Made by a program: the position numbers and the translations under genes. The notes beneath the pieces are model-generated. The model did no database searches. It was not told the origin of the DNA and saw nothing but the letters and a program-made list of their open reading frames with translations. Shown here in pieces: positions 21,933 through 30,527 of a stretch of 60,880 nucleotides of DNA (the stretch's first letter is position 1; each line of letters starts with the position of its first letter). The stretch lies in IMG/VR virus record IMGVR_UViG_3300020392_000016, positions 1 to 60,880 of that record. One strand, given 5' to 3'. Source of the DNA: a virus (Duplodnaviria > Caudoviricetes).

Positions 21933-22874
21933 ATGAAAATCAAAGATTTCCAAACATTTCTTAATGAGAACACTGGAGGGCTTCACAAAGTCATCATGTG
22001 TGTTTCTAAAACTATATCAGATTTCGATTATGTAACTGATAAAGGTATGTACACTAGAAACTATATGACTCTATTCTCAAAAGGTGACAAGCCATATAAG
22101 GCTGATATGCCAGTAATTAATTTCTGTAATCTTCATACACAGAGATTACTAGATCTTGGTACACCTGAGGATCTAATCTATAATCCTAAAGAAAAGAAAC
22201 AGGAAATCTCATCAAAGGTTCGTTGGCATGAGATTCACAAAGATAGCAAATTTGTGCCTAAGACTGTGTCAGAACCAGAAGATATAGATCAGTTAAAATT
22301 CCCTATCATAGCAAAACCAGATAACAGATACTCTGGTATGGGTATTGAAAAGTTTGATACTCTAGAAGATGCTAAGAAGGCGGATCTTTCTGATTTTGAA
22401 GTCTTCAGCGAGAAGATAGACATCGATGAAGAACATAGGATAATTATGTGGAGAGGTGAACCTTTGCAATGGGTACAAAGAGTCCATGGCAATAAGGAGA
22501 CCAAAGAGATGACAAAGAAGAAAGAAGATAAACTCTATTTTAAGTATGTGTTAAAAGACGTAAATAAAATGCCAGAAGAATGGAATGAAGTATTTCAGGA
22601 AATGAACGAGGCACATGAAGGCTTAGACATATATTCAATAGACTTGGCGGTTGACACAGAAGGAAAACCACATGTAATAGAGATGTCCTCAGAGTTTGCT
22701 CCTCTCTATGGTGTAATGGCATTTATCTACAAAAAGGTCTATCAAGATTATTACAATAAAAAACTACATTCTACTGAAGAAGAGCAGATAGATATGTACC
22801 AAAAGAAAGATATTGACTCAACTTTGAGTTTTAACAAAAAATTTAAAAACAGATTTAGCGTAGACAATGGGTAA
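21933..22874 (+). CDS. ATP-grasp fold protein (RimK-like)
   Basis: FPIIAKP..YSGMGI, EHRI, SIDL..D..G...VIEM; N-terminal KDFQTFLNE motif. Confidence 0.7.
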   Translation: MKIKDFQTFLNENTGGLHKVIMCVSKTISDFDYVTDKGMYTRNYMTLFSKGDKPYKADMPVINFCNLHTQRLLDLGTPEDLIYNPKEKKQEISSKVRWHEIHKDSKFVPKTVSEPEDIDQLKFPIIAKPDNRYSGMGIEKFDTLEDAKKADLSDFEVFSEKIDIDEEHRIIMWRGEPLQWVQRVHGNKETKEMTKKKEDKLYFKYVLKDVNKMPEEWNEVFQEMNEAHEGLDIYSIDLAVDTEGKPHVIEMSSEFAPLYGVMAFIYKKVYQDYYNKKLHSTEEEQIDMYQKKDIDSTLSFNKKFKNRFSVDNG

Positions 22875-23106
22875 ACCAAACTATCAATGCATGCACATTA
22901 GTATCTGGGTGCATCACATGCATATAGATCCACTATTTGATTTCTTGAATGGTAGGATTAAAGAAGCGCCGGATTGGTATCTGAGCGAGTCTAAATGCCC
23001 AGAGTCAATAACTGGAGGTTATGTTGAAATAACTCTTTCTTTTGAAGCATATTCATTACTTTCTTCCCATAAAGATTGGGAAGCTTCTGCAGGTTGGATG
23101 GCTTAA
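22867..23106 (+). CDS. Hypothetical protein
   Basis: 79 aa ORF overlapping the upstream stop. Confidence 0.55.
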   Translation: MGKPNYQCMHISIWVHHMHIDPLFDFLNGRIKEAPDWYLSESKCPESITGGYVEITLSFEAYSLLSSHKDWEASAGWMA

Positions 23107-23116
23107 AACAAAAATT

Positions 23117-23221
23117 ATGAAAAAAGGTAACAGAACAGACTACCTATTAAACCACAAAGGCAAGAAGTATAAAGCCAACAGTTTTATAGGATTAATCTGG
23201 AAGTTTATTAGAAACAAATAA
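23117..23221 (+). CDS. Small hypothetical protein (34 aa, MKKGNRTDYLLNHKGKKYKANSFIGLIWKFIRNK)
   Basis: Hand-translated; fills the gap; A-rich leader. Confidence 0.45.
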   Translation: MKKGNRTDYLLNHKGKKYKANSFIGLIWKFIRNK

Positions 23222-23239
23222 AACTTCGAACGTATAACT

Positions 23240-23269
23240 AACCGTCTAGGGTAACTTAGGCGGTTTTTT
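23240..23269 (+). terminator. Rho-independent terminator
   Basis: AACCGTCTAGG-gtaa-CTTAGGCGGTT followed by a T run. Confidence 0.75.
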
Positions 23270-23291
23270 AGTATTTAAAGGAATAAAAGGT

Positions 23292-24023
23292 ATGTACACA
23301 TTAGACGAATTAAAAAAGATGATATTCATCGACATTGAAACAGCAACTCAAAAAGAGACGTTTCAAGAAATTATTGACGAGAACCCAGAACTCGAACAAT
23401 ACTGGAACTTAAAGACTATGCAACTGGTACAAAAGAACCCAGTTGAATTATCAGAATTTGAAGACCCACACAAAATGTGGCCTAGAATGGCTGGACTTAA
23501 TCCAGAGTGGGGTAGAATTGTTTGTATCTCTATTGGTCAATTACAGTTTGACGAAACAGGCTTTCCTAATGGTTTTAAGGCTGTCTCATTCAACGGAGAA
23601 GACGAGAAAGATATTCTTAAACAATTTTGCGAAATGTCCTCTAAGATTATGCAGAAATACCCAGGAATGAAATGGGTAGGTCACTTTATTAAAGGTTTTG
23701 ATATGCCATACATTATTAAGAGAGCTTTGATTAATGGTATATCAGTCCCATCACATTTTCATCTACACAAACAAAAGCCTTGGGAAAACTGTTTGCTCGA
23801 TACTAAAGAGACTTGGCAGTTCGGAGGTTGGGACTCTGCAAAATTAGGACTTATTTCAGAAGTTCTAGGTATTCCATCACCTAAAGACGCTATGTCTGGC
23901 TCAGAAGTATCTGAGTATTTTTGGAATGGTAAGCACGAAGAGATAAAAACTTATTGTGAGAAAGATATTAAGGCTACCGCAAATGTCATATTAAAGATTG
24001 CAGGCCTGCCAATATGTCACTAA
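23292..24023 (+). CDS. DnaQ/PolB-like 3'-5' exonuclease
   Basis: DIET (ExoI), GHFIKGFD (ExoII), YCEKD (ExoIII). Confidence 0.8.
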   Translation: MYTLDELKKMIFIDIETATQKETFQEIIDENPELEQYWNLKTMQLVQKNPVELSEFEDPHKMWPRMAGLNPEWGRIVCISIGQLQFDETGFPNGFKAVSFNGEDEKDILKQFCEMSSKIMQKYPGMKWVGHFIKGFDMPYIIKRALINGISVPSHFHLHKQKPWENCLLDTKETWQFGGWDSAKLGLISEVLGIPSPKDAMSGSEVSEYFWNGKHEEIKTYCEKDIKATANVILKIAGLPICH

Positions 24024-24079
24024 AAATTTAGTAAACAGTGACATATCGTCACTAAAATTGCTTTGGCATACTTTTTTCA
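24007..24079 (+). promoter_or_regulatory. Sigma54-like promoter with two TGACA-N3-TGTCA-like boxes
   Basis: TGCCA-ata-TGTCA (24007), TGACA-tat-CGTCA (24039), TTTGGCATACTTTTTTCA (24062). Confidence 0.5.
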
Positions 24080-24127
24080 CTATTAGTATTGTGCATAAGC
24101 ACATAAAACTAAATAAAAATTTAAAAA

Positions 24128-24511
24128 ATGTATTTAACAAATTTATCAAAACTAAATAATCAACTAGATGCTTTTGATGGTATCTTCGATTCATTCTTTA
24201 ATTTCCCTAACACTAGACCATCTACATGGACTACGATTAACTCTTTTGGAACTGACTATAGAGTAAATGATAATTCTTTAGAAATTTCTTTACCTGGTTT
24301 CACAAAGAAAGATGTTGATATTGCTGTAGATAATGGTGTTCTAACTGTTTCTTCAGATGTAAAAGAAGAAGGTTTTAGACAATCATTCAACAAATCATTT
24401 AGATTACCTGCTACTATTGATACTGATTCTATTTCAGCTTCAATGAAAGATGGTATTCTAACTATTGATTTTAAAAGAACTGATAACGTTAAGAAAATTA
24501 ACATCAAATAA
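24128..24511 (+). CDS. Small heat-shock protein (Hsp20/alpha-crystallin)
   Basis: LPGF.K.DV.I....GVLTV, F.KSF.LP..ID, A...DGIL.I motifs. Confidence 0.9.
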   Translation: MYLTNLSKLNNQLDAFDGIFDSFFNFPNTRPSTWTTINSFGTDYRVNDNSLEISLPGFTKKDVDIAVDNGVLTVSSDVKEEGFRQSFNKSFRLPATIDTDSISASMKDGILTIDFKRTDNVKKINIK

Positions 24512-24515
24512 TTGC

Positions 24516-24578
24516 AAAATAGTTGCCAAAAAGTTTTTCAGTGTCAGATTTTTTTATTATATTAGTACTGTAATTAAA
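24516..24578 (+). repeat. About 65-bp intergenic repeat, copy 1 (putative early promoter)
   Basis: AAAATAGTTGCC...TGTCAGATTTTTTTATTATATTAGTACTGTAATTAAA; most divergent copy. Confidence 0.75.
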
Positions 24579-24596
24579 AACCAAAACTAATAAATT

Positions 24597-24731
24597 ATGT
24601 GGAATATCCTATATTTTGACTACGGTAAAGAAATTATTGACACTGCCGAAACTTTTAAAGAAGCCAAATACTTGCTAAAAGAATACAAGATGGCTTTCAA
24701 ATCTACTAACCTAAAAATATCAAAAGCCTAA
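24597..24731 (+). CDS. Small hypothetical protein (44 aa, MWNILYFDYGKEIIDTAETFKEAKYLLKEYKMAF...)
   Basis: Hand-translated; directly downstream of the repeat; stop overlaps the next ATG. Confidence 0.6.
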   Translation: MWNILYFDYGKEIIDTAETFKEAKYLLKEYKMAFKSTNLKISKA

Positions 24732-25027
24732 TGGAAGACAATTTTAACATCGACGACTATATTAACGACCCAGACTTCGAGCAGAAGATGGAGGACTATA
24801 AAGAAAGAATGATTCATGAGGCTATTGAGCACAATTATGAGAACATGGCTAAGAATGGTATCTCAGACTGGCATGTAAGACACATGAACAAAGATGAGAT
24901 GACTCAGCTAAAAGAAACACTTCAGTTTATGATGAAGCACTTCTTAGAATACGAAGAGTATGAAAAGTGTATTTTGATGAAATCTGAGCTGGAAAAGGTA
25001 AATCAGATATTAGAGAAAGTGTCTTAA
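24731..25027 (+). CDS. UVR (UvrB/UvrC)-like motif protein
   Basis: C-terminal FLEYEEYEKCILMK. Confidence 0.55.
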   Translation: MEDNFNIDDYINDPDFEQKMEDYKERMIHEAIEHNYENMAKNGISDWHVRHMNKDEMTQLKETLQFMMKHFLEYEEYEKCILMKSELEKVNQILEKVS

Positions 25028-25039
25028 GATATATAACTT

Positions 25040-25114
25040 AACGCACTACCACAACGGCGGTGCGGGCCCCCGAAATGAACCCGTAGGAAATCTAGCATTT
25101 CCGCGGGTTTTTTT
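25040..25114 (+). ncRNA. Candidate structured small RNA or attenuator
   Basis: GC-rich island after GATATATAA (25028); hairpin CGCAC/GTGCG plus terminator hairpin AACCCG..GGAAAT/ATTTCC..CGGGTT and T run. Confidence 0.45.
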
Positions 25115-25129
25115 ATTGATATATAATCT

Positions 25130-25684
25130 ATGAAATACATATTAACATTGGAAAAGTACAGAGCATATATAGACTTCGAGGCCATGCGTGGTAAATGGGG
25201 AAGTCCTGTAGACATGCGTGCTGATGTAGAATTCTGTTTAGGCAGATTACTACCTAAAGATAATCTAATTAAAAACATTGAAGATCAGTCTTCAGATAGA
25301 GGTATCAAGTTCTTTGTTGAATTAAAAGGTGGTGACCATATCCACATGTACAAAGTATCTGACTGGCAAAGATCTCCAGAAGATGGTTGGGAATACTACT
25401 TCAATAAAAAGAAGATGGACTACTATAGTCTGTACACAATGTTAGAAGATGAGTATCAATCTAAGCTAGAACAATTCTTAAAGTATTTTAAGTCCTATGA
25501 CTTCTATGCACAATATATTGATAATGGTCGTCAGTGGAAAGCTGCTACTGCAAACAATGATAGATTAGCAGACAGATACAAAGCTCTTTCAAAATCAGAG
25601 CAGAAAAAAGCTAAAAAAGAAATTCTAAAACATTTCAAGTCTAAAGAATTAAGACCTGATGTGGATAGAGTTTTCCCAGGATAA
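25130..25684 (+). CDS. Hypothetical protein, putative internal head protein
   Basis: MKYILTLEKY N-terminal motif; late-like promoter at 25118. Confidence 0.55.
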   Translation: MKYILTLEKYRAYIDFEAMRGKWGSPVDMRADVEFCLGRLLPKDNLIKNIEDQSSDRGIKFFVELKGGDHIHMYKVSDWQRSPEDGWEYYFNKKKMDYYSLYTMLEDEYQSKLEQFLKYFKSYDFYAQYIDNGRQWKAATANNDRLADRYKALSKSEQKKAKKEILKHFKSKELRPDVDRVFPG

Positions 25685-25685
25685 T

Positions 25686-26024
25686 ATGAAGTATTTAAAC
25701 ACATTTGAGTCTTTTGTAAATGAAGGAAGACCATTCTTTCAAGATACTCCTAATGAGTTTGCTTATTTAGATTTCAAAAAATGGGCTTACAAGAAAAGAG
25801 GTGATATTAAGAATAGACTAAAAGATATTGATGATGGTTCATTCTTCTTTATAGAACTTAAGAAGATTTGGATGGACTGGGCAAACAGGAATGCAAAGGA
25901 ATGGAGTTATGTTCATTCAACTCCAGTTGCTGAGAAAGACTTTGGTAGAGCTCTAGCTTCTATGATGAAGTCAGATAATTTAATTATCAAAAAAGCTGGT
26001 AATAAACTTACAGATCTTAAGTAA
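25686..26024 (+). CDS. Hypothetical protein, putative internal head protein
   Basis: Start moved to ATG 25686, giving MKYLNTFESFVNE. Confidence 0.6.
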   Translation: MKYLNTFESFVNEGRPFFQDTPNEFAYLDFKKWAYKKRGDIKNRLKDIDDGSFFFIELKKIWMDWANRNAKEWSYVHSTPVAEKDFGRALASMMKSDNLIIKKAGNKLTDLK

Positions 26025-26278
26025 TGAAATATCTACAATTATTTGAAGACTTTGCAAAAGATGAACCTGAATTAGAAAGAATTAGACAATTCAAAGGTTC
26101 TATTCAAGATCTGGATGACTGGCTCAGATCAAAGGTGGGTGAAACAAACCCATACAAAGACACTATAATGGTTAACGGTCCCCATGCTGGACAGAAGGAT
26201 AAATCAATTCCTTACCAAGATTTCCAAAATGGAGAGTCCGATTTAATAAAGAATAGACATGGACGAAAAGACAGCTAA
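26024..26278 (+). CDS. Hypothetical protein, putative internal head protein
   Basis: MKYLQLFEDF N-terminal motif. Confidence 0.55.
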   Translation: MKYLQLFEDFAKDEPELERIRQFKGSIQDLDDWLRSKVGETNPYKDTIMVNGPHAGQKDKSIPYQDFQNGESDLIKNRHGRKDS

Positions 26279-26429
26279 AGAAATAGCAAAACAACTTAAG
26301 AGAATTGCAGATGCAATGGAAGCACAGGGTAAACGTGATATTCTTGCAGAAAAGAGAAGAGCTAAGTTAGAGTCTTTGCAAGTAATAGATATTCGTAAAA
26401 GAAACAATTCTAAATCTGATATAGAGTGA
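26259..26429 (+). CDS. Small coiled-coil hypothetical protein (56 aa, MDEKTAKEIAKQLKRIADAME...)
   Basis: Hand-translated; fills the gap; TGA overlaps the GTG start of the DnaJ-like gene. Confidence 0.6.
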   Translation: MDEKTAKEIAKQLKRIADAMEAQGKRDILAEKRRAKLESLQVIDIRKRNNSKSDIE

Positions 26430-27223
26430 GCCACTATGCAACTTTAGGTGTAGACAAAACAGCAACTCAGTCAGAAATCAAAAAAGCTTATAGAAAACTG
26501 TGTATAGTTCACCATCCTGACAAAGGAGGTGATGAGAACAGATTTAAAGAAATTGCAGACGCTTATGCTGTAATTGGCGATCAACAGAAGCGCCAACAGT
26601 ATGACGCTGTACAAGATAATCCGTTTGCCAACTTTGGAAACATGGGAGGTATGGACGGTAACTTCGGTGATTTATTCAATCAATTCTTCGGTCAACAACG
26701 TCAACAAACACGTGGTAGTGATATTAGAGTTGATATGCATATTTCATTTGATGAAGCATTTCATGGATGCACAAAGGTGTTTCAGATTAATGGATTAGAA
26801 CATACCATTGATTTGAAGCGTGGTGTCAGAACTGGACAGAGGTTCAGACTAGCTGGCAAAGGTCAAGCACATCCTTTCAACACGCAACTTCCACCTGGAG
26901 ATTTATTCGTAACAATACACGTACAACTTAATAGTGAGTTTATACTAGAAGGAAACAATATATGGGTAGACGTTACGCTTCCATGGTTTGAAATTATGTC
27001 AGGTACAAAAGTAACAATCAACTCACTAGATGGACCGATTTCAATAACAGTACCTGAAGGAACTGCGCCTGGTAAGGTGTTAAGAGTAAGAGAAAAAGGA
27101 TGGCCAGACTATGATACACAAATAAGAGGAAGTTTATTGTGTAAAATTAATGCTAGCTATCCTGAACTAAATGAACTACAACTCGAATATATAAAGAAAG
27201 TATATCAAAACAAAAATGGATAA
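26426..27223 (+). CDS. DnaJ-class (CbpA-like, no zinc finger) co-chaperone
   Basis: J domain with HPD, G/F-rich region, C-terminal GDLFV and G+..I.SLDG motifs. Confidence 0.9.
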   Translation: MSHYATLGVDKTATQSEIKKAYRKLCIVHHPDKGGDENRFKEIADAYAVIGDQQKRQQYDAVQDNPFANFGNMGGMDGNFGDLFNQFFGQQRQQTRGSDIRVDMHISFDEAFHGCTKVFQINGLEHTIDLKRGVRTGQRFRLAGKGQAHPFNTQLPPGDLFVTIHVQLNSEFILEGNNIWVDVTLPWFEIMSGTKVTINSLDGPISITVPEGTAPGKVLRVREKGWPDYDTQIRGSLLCKINASYPELNELQLEYIKKVYQNKNG

Positions 27224-27494
27224 ATTCTTTAGAAAGAACCGTAAAAGGTTATTTGATTCGCGATGGGACATAATTATTGAAGGCCTAATGGTCAACAATA
27301 AGCCTGCTTTTTTTGCTGCTCTTTACCAAGCCATGATGGAACACCCAACATACGTTATTCTATCAGATATGCCAGTTGAACGTAAAATACAAATTTTAAG
27401 TAATATGTTAAAGTATTACGAAGAGAAAGAAGATTACGAGAAATGTGCACAATTAGTAAAAATGCAACAGCAAGTAAATTCAGATATATGTTAA
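27216..27494 (+). CDS. UVR-like motif protein
   Basis: YYEEKEDYEKCAQL. Confidence 0.55.
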   Translation: MDKFFRKNRKRLFDSRWDIIIEGLMVNNKPAFFAALYQAMMEHPTYVILSDMPVERKIQILSNMLKYYEEKEDYEKCAQLVKMQQQVNSDIC

Positions 27495-27682
27495 TAGTAA
27501 AATTAAATAAGAAAACAAGTATAGAAAAGGCTCTTAAGCAGCTTAAGTCAAAAGTGATAAAGACTAAGCAAATGAGAAGATTAAGAGATTTAAAACAGTT
27601 CACAAAACCTTCACAGAAGAAGAGGCTACAAAATCAGAAGGCCAAATACATCCAGCAGATTAGAACGAAGGAACAGCAATAA
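27488..27682 (+). CDS. rpsU: Ribosomal protein bS21 (phage-encoded)
   Basis: MLIV....SIEKALK..K.K..KT...R.LR...QFTKPS..KR....KAKYIQ, Bacteroidota-type; start moved to ATG 27488. Confidence 0.85.
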   Translation: MLIVKLNKKTSIEKALKQLKSKVIKTKQMRRLRDLKQFTKPSQKKRLQNQKAKYIQQIRTKEQQ

Positions 27683-27763
27683 AAATATAGGATTAACTTA
27701 TTATCCTAATAATTTTCCATCTAGATATTAGCTATCTGGGGTGAGAACACTAAATATATAACC

Positions 27764-28060
27764 ATGGTTGACCTAACTATAAAAAGACCAACAATTACGA
27801 TGAGTGGATATATTTCCAACACAGATAAAGATTCTCTTATGAGAGCAAGTTATTATCAAATAACTAGGAACTTTACTAAAACAGTAAATCGTTTTGTTGC
27901 TTTTAAGGATGATGATAGATTGATTGAGATTCCACATGGTATTGGTCAACGATCAAAATTCATAGACTTAATGGTTAAATACTTTGAGTCGCTTGAAGAA
28001 TATGAGAAGTGTAATAAGCTGATGAAGCTTAAAGAACTAGTCATAATGGCTGGTGACTAA
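27764..28060 (+). CDS. UVR-like motif protein
   Basis: YFESLEEYEKCNKL. Confidence 0.55.
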   Translation: MVDLTIKRPTITMSGYISNTDKDSLMRASYYQITRNFTKTVNRFVAFKDDDRLIEIPHGIGQRSKFIDLMVKYFESLEEYEKCNKLMKLKELVIMAGD

Positions 28061-28073
28061 AAAAATTTAAACT

Positions 28074-28757
28074 ATGGCGAGAACCTCTAGAGCAGCATCA
28101 ATTGGAGCTGGGTTGAAAAGAGTTCAACTAAGACCTAATCAAAGAAATTATGTCGATACGATAAACAAGAATGATATTACATTCTGTTACGGACCAGCTG
28201 GAACATCAAAAACATTTACAGCTTGCTTTACAGCGCTGGAGATGTTGCAAGAAAAGAAGATTAAAGAAATAGTGTTGTGTAAACCAATCCAAGAAGCGGG
28301 TGAAAAACTTGGACATTTACCGGGAGACATTCATGACAAGACAGATCCCTACATGAAATCTTACAAATCTAATATAGAAAAGATAATTGGAGCTGAACTA
28401 ACTAAAACCTTATTTGACAAAAGAATAATTCGATTCGAACCACTAGCCTATATGCGAGGAGATACTTTTGACGATGCCTTAATGATTCTTGATGAAGCAC
28501 AAAATGCAACATATAAACAGTTAATGTTATTTGTGACAAGAATGGGTAAGTCAAGTAAGGTGGTAGTAACTGGAGATGTAAGTCAAGCTGATATTGCAGC
28601 TTCACATGTAAGTCTACCAGGTTTCATTGAGTTATTAGAAGGTGTGAAAGGAATTGACACACATATATTTACAGAGTCAGATATAGTTAGAGCTAAAATA
28701 CTACAAGAGGTTGTGGCTAGGTATGATAAATGGAAAATTCAAAACAACATCAAATAA
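28074..28757 (+). CDS. phoH: PhoH-family ATPase
   Basis: GPAGTSKT, LGHLPG, AYMRG, ILDEAQN, TRMG, TGDVSQ. Confidence 0.92.
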   Translation: MARTSRAASIGAGLKRVQLRPNQRNYVDTINKNDITFCYGPAGTSKTFTACFTALEMLQEKKIKEIVLCKPIQEAGEKLGHLPGDIHDKTDPYMKSYKSNIEKIIGAELTKTLFDKRIIRFEPLAYMRGDTFDDALMILDEAQNATYKQLMLFVTRMGKSSKVVVTGDVSQADIAASHVSLPGFIELLEGVKGIDTHIFTESDIVRAKILQEVVARYDKWKIQNNIK

Positions 28758-29209
28758 AGATTCGTAAAGCAACTTACGATGACTTAGGTCCTATTTGTGA
28801 TATTTACACAGATGCTTTTGAAGGTAAGACTCTACCGTCTACTAGACAGTGGTGGAATATATTAGATGACAAGAACATTAATTACTTCGTGGCAGAGGAA
28901 TACGGAGAAGTCGTAGGAACAGCATCACTTATTACAATCAACAAACTAATTAGAGGTGGTAACCGAGTAGGTATGATTGAAGATGTGGCAGTATCAAAAT
29001 ATGCAGGTTCAAGAGGTATCGGTTCTATGTTAATTGAAAGACTAAAAGAACTAGCCATAGAAAAGGGATGTTACAAAACTATTCTTAATTGTTCTGAAGA
29101 GAATGTGGAGTTCTACAAGAAGTGTGGTTTCTATCAAAAAGAAGTTCAAATGAGATGGGACAGACCACCAGAATTCGCCCCTGGTAATAGAAACAAATCA
29201 CTATTTTAA
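28730..29209 (+). CDS. GNAT acetyltransferase, glucosamine-6-phosphate N-acetyltransferase (GNA1)-like
   Basis: KLIRG..VGMIEDVAV...RGIG...GCYKTILNC...NVEFYKKCGF. Confidence 0.75.
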   Translation: MENSKQHQIKIRKATYDDLGPICDIYTDAFEGKTLPSTRQWWNILDDKNINYFVAEEYGEVVGTASLITINKLIRGGNRVGMIEDVAVSKYAGSRGIGSMLIERLKELAIEKGCYKTILNCSEENVEFYKKCGFYQKEVQMRWDRPPEFAPGNRNKSLF

Positions 29210-29233
29210 GGTATAACAATCAAAGTTATATCT

Positions 29234-29860
29234 ATGTCTAAACAAATAATCTTAAGACACAGTCACACAAACGATCCTAACACTATAGAAGTTGGAGTTG
29301 ATGAAGCAGGTAGAGGCGCGTTGGCAGGTCCTGTCACAGTAGCGGCTTGTATTATGCCGTATGGTTTTCAACATGAATTAATTAAAGATTCTAAACTTCT
29401 AAATGAGGCTCAGAGAGCAGAAGCTAGACAAATGGTCTTAGATAACTGTTTGGCATACTCCATTCAACACATCGGTGTAGAGCAAATAGAAAACACTAAC
29501 ATTCTTAAAGCTACCTTAGAAGGCATGAGAAGAGCTCTTGTTGCTACTAAAGCTCAAAGAGATTTTGACTTTATTCTAATAGATGGCGATCAATTTCACG
29601 GTTTCGATGGTAAACCTTTTGAAACTGTAGTCGGTGGAGATAATACTTATGTCAGTATTGCGGCTGCAAGTATTCTGGCAAAAACAGAAAGAGACCAATA
29701 TATGAAGTCACTTGAAGGCGGTAACGTATATGGTTGGGGTTCTAACAAAGGTTATGGCACAAAACAACACATCACAGCTATCAAAGAGTCTGGCTCAACA
29801 GAACATCACAGAGAGTCATTCATCTCACATTTATTAACTACTACAAATCAATTATTTTGA
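29234..29860 (+). CDS. rnhB: Ribonuclease HII
   Basis: GVDEAGRG.LAGP, DSK.L, IDG, GD....SIAAASILAK..RD, NKGYGT..H. Confidence 0.93.
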   Translation: MSKQIILRHSHTNDPNTIEVGVDEAGRGALAGPVTVAACIMPYGFQHELIKDSKLLNEAQRAEARQMVLDNCLAYSIQHIGVEQIENTNILKATLEGMRRALVATKAQRDFDFILIDGDQFHGFDGKPFETVVGGDNTYVSIAAASILAKTERDQYMKSLEGGNVYGWGSNKGYGTKQHITAIKESGSTEHHRESFISHLLTTTNQLF

Positions 29861-30201
29861 GAGGCTTAATTCTTGGAATGCTCCTCTTTCTAGGTGGGCA
29901 AATTCTGATTTGGTTTCAGACCAACGGACAATTCTTAAATAAATGGGCAAAAGATAATCCATTCTTAATGTCATGTATCTTTGCTATACCAATATCTTAC
30001 ATGTTCATTAAAGCTACTGCTCTAATAGCAGAACACTATGAAGGATTACTTTGGCCTGGTAGATTCATTGGTTTCTCAATGGGTATAACTTCCTTTGCAT
30101 TCTTAACATGGTGGTTGATGGGCGAAGGTATTAATATGAAGACAACAACATGTGTGATTCTAGCTTGTGCTATTATCGGCATACAATTATTTTGGAAGTA
30201 A
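29857..30201 (+). CDS. Small membrane protein (DMT/SMR-like, about 4 TM)
   Basis: Four hydrophobic segments in 114 aa. Confidence 0.55.
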   Translation: MRGLILGMLLFLGGQILIWFQTNGQFLNKWAKDNPFLMSCIFAIPISYMFIKATALIAEHYEGLLWPGRFIGFSMGITSFAFLTWWLMGEGINMKTTTCVILACAIIGIQLFWK

Positions 30202-30465
30202 ATGAAATTACCTTGGTTAGAAAAGAAACCTGATAAACCTACATTTGTAGCAGTTTACAAGAAACAAAAAAACAGTAACAAACACTATATGATTGTTACA
30301 GATATTCACTCTGATATTTTAATTAATGCCAGAGCAACAAAACCCATCATAGACCACAAGTATGAAATTGTTGAACTTGGGATGGGAAGCTCATTTATTG
30401 AGATGTGGTCTAAGAAGTATAAAATTAGAAAACCACAAATAATTGAGAAATATCCTGCAAAATAA
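30202..30465 (+). CDS. Hypothetical protein
   Basis: 87 aa ORF; its stop lies inside the repeat. Confidence 0.55.
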   Translation: MKLPWLEKKPDKPTFVAVYKKQKNSNKHYMIVTDIHSDILINARATKPIIDHKYEIVELGMGSSFIEMWSKKYKIRKPQIIEKYPAK

Positions 30466-30520
30466 TTGCCTTAGAATTTTTCTATGTCAGATATTTTTCG
30501 TATATTTGTACTGTAAATAA
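30456..30520 (+). repeat. About 65-bp intergenic repeat, copy 2
   Basis: TGCAAAATAATTGCC...TATGTCAGATATTTTTCGTATATTTGTACTGTAAATAA. Confidence 0.8.
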
Positions 30521-30527
30521 CAAACTT

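Noticed and set aside
25040-25114. tRNA or hammerhead ribozyme
   Set aside because: No TTCGA T-loop, cloverleaf or CTGATGA core; kept only as an unclassified RNA candidate
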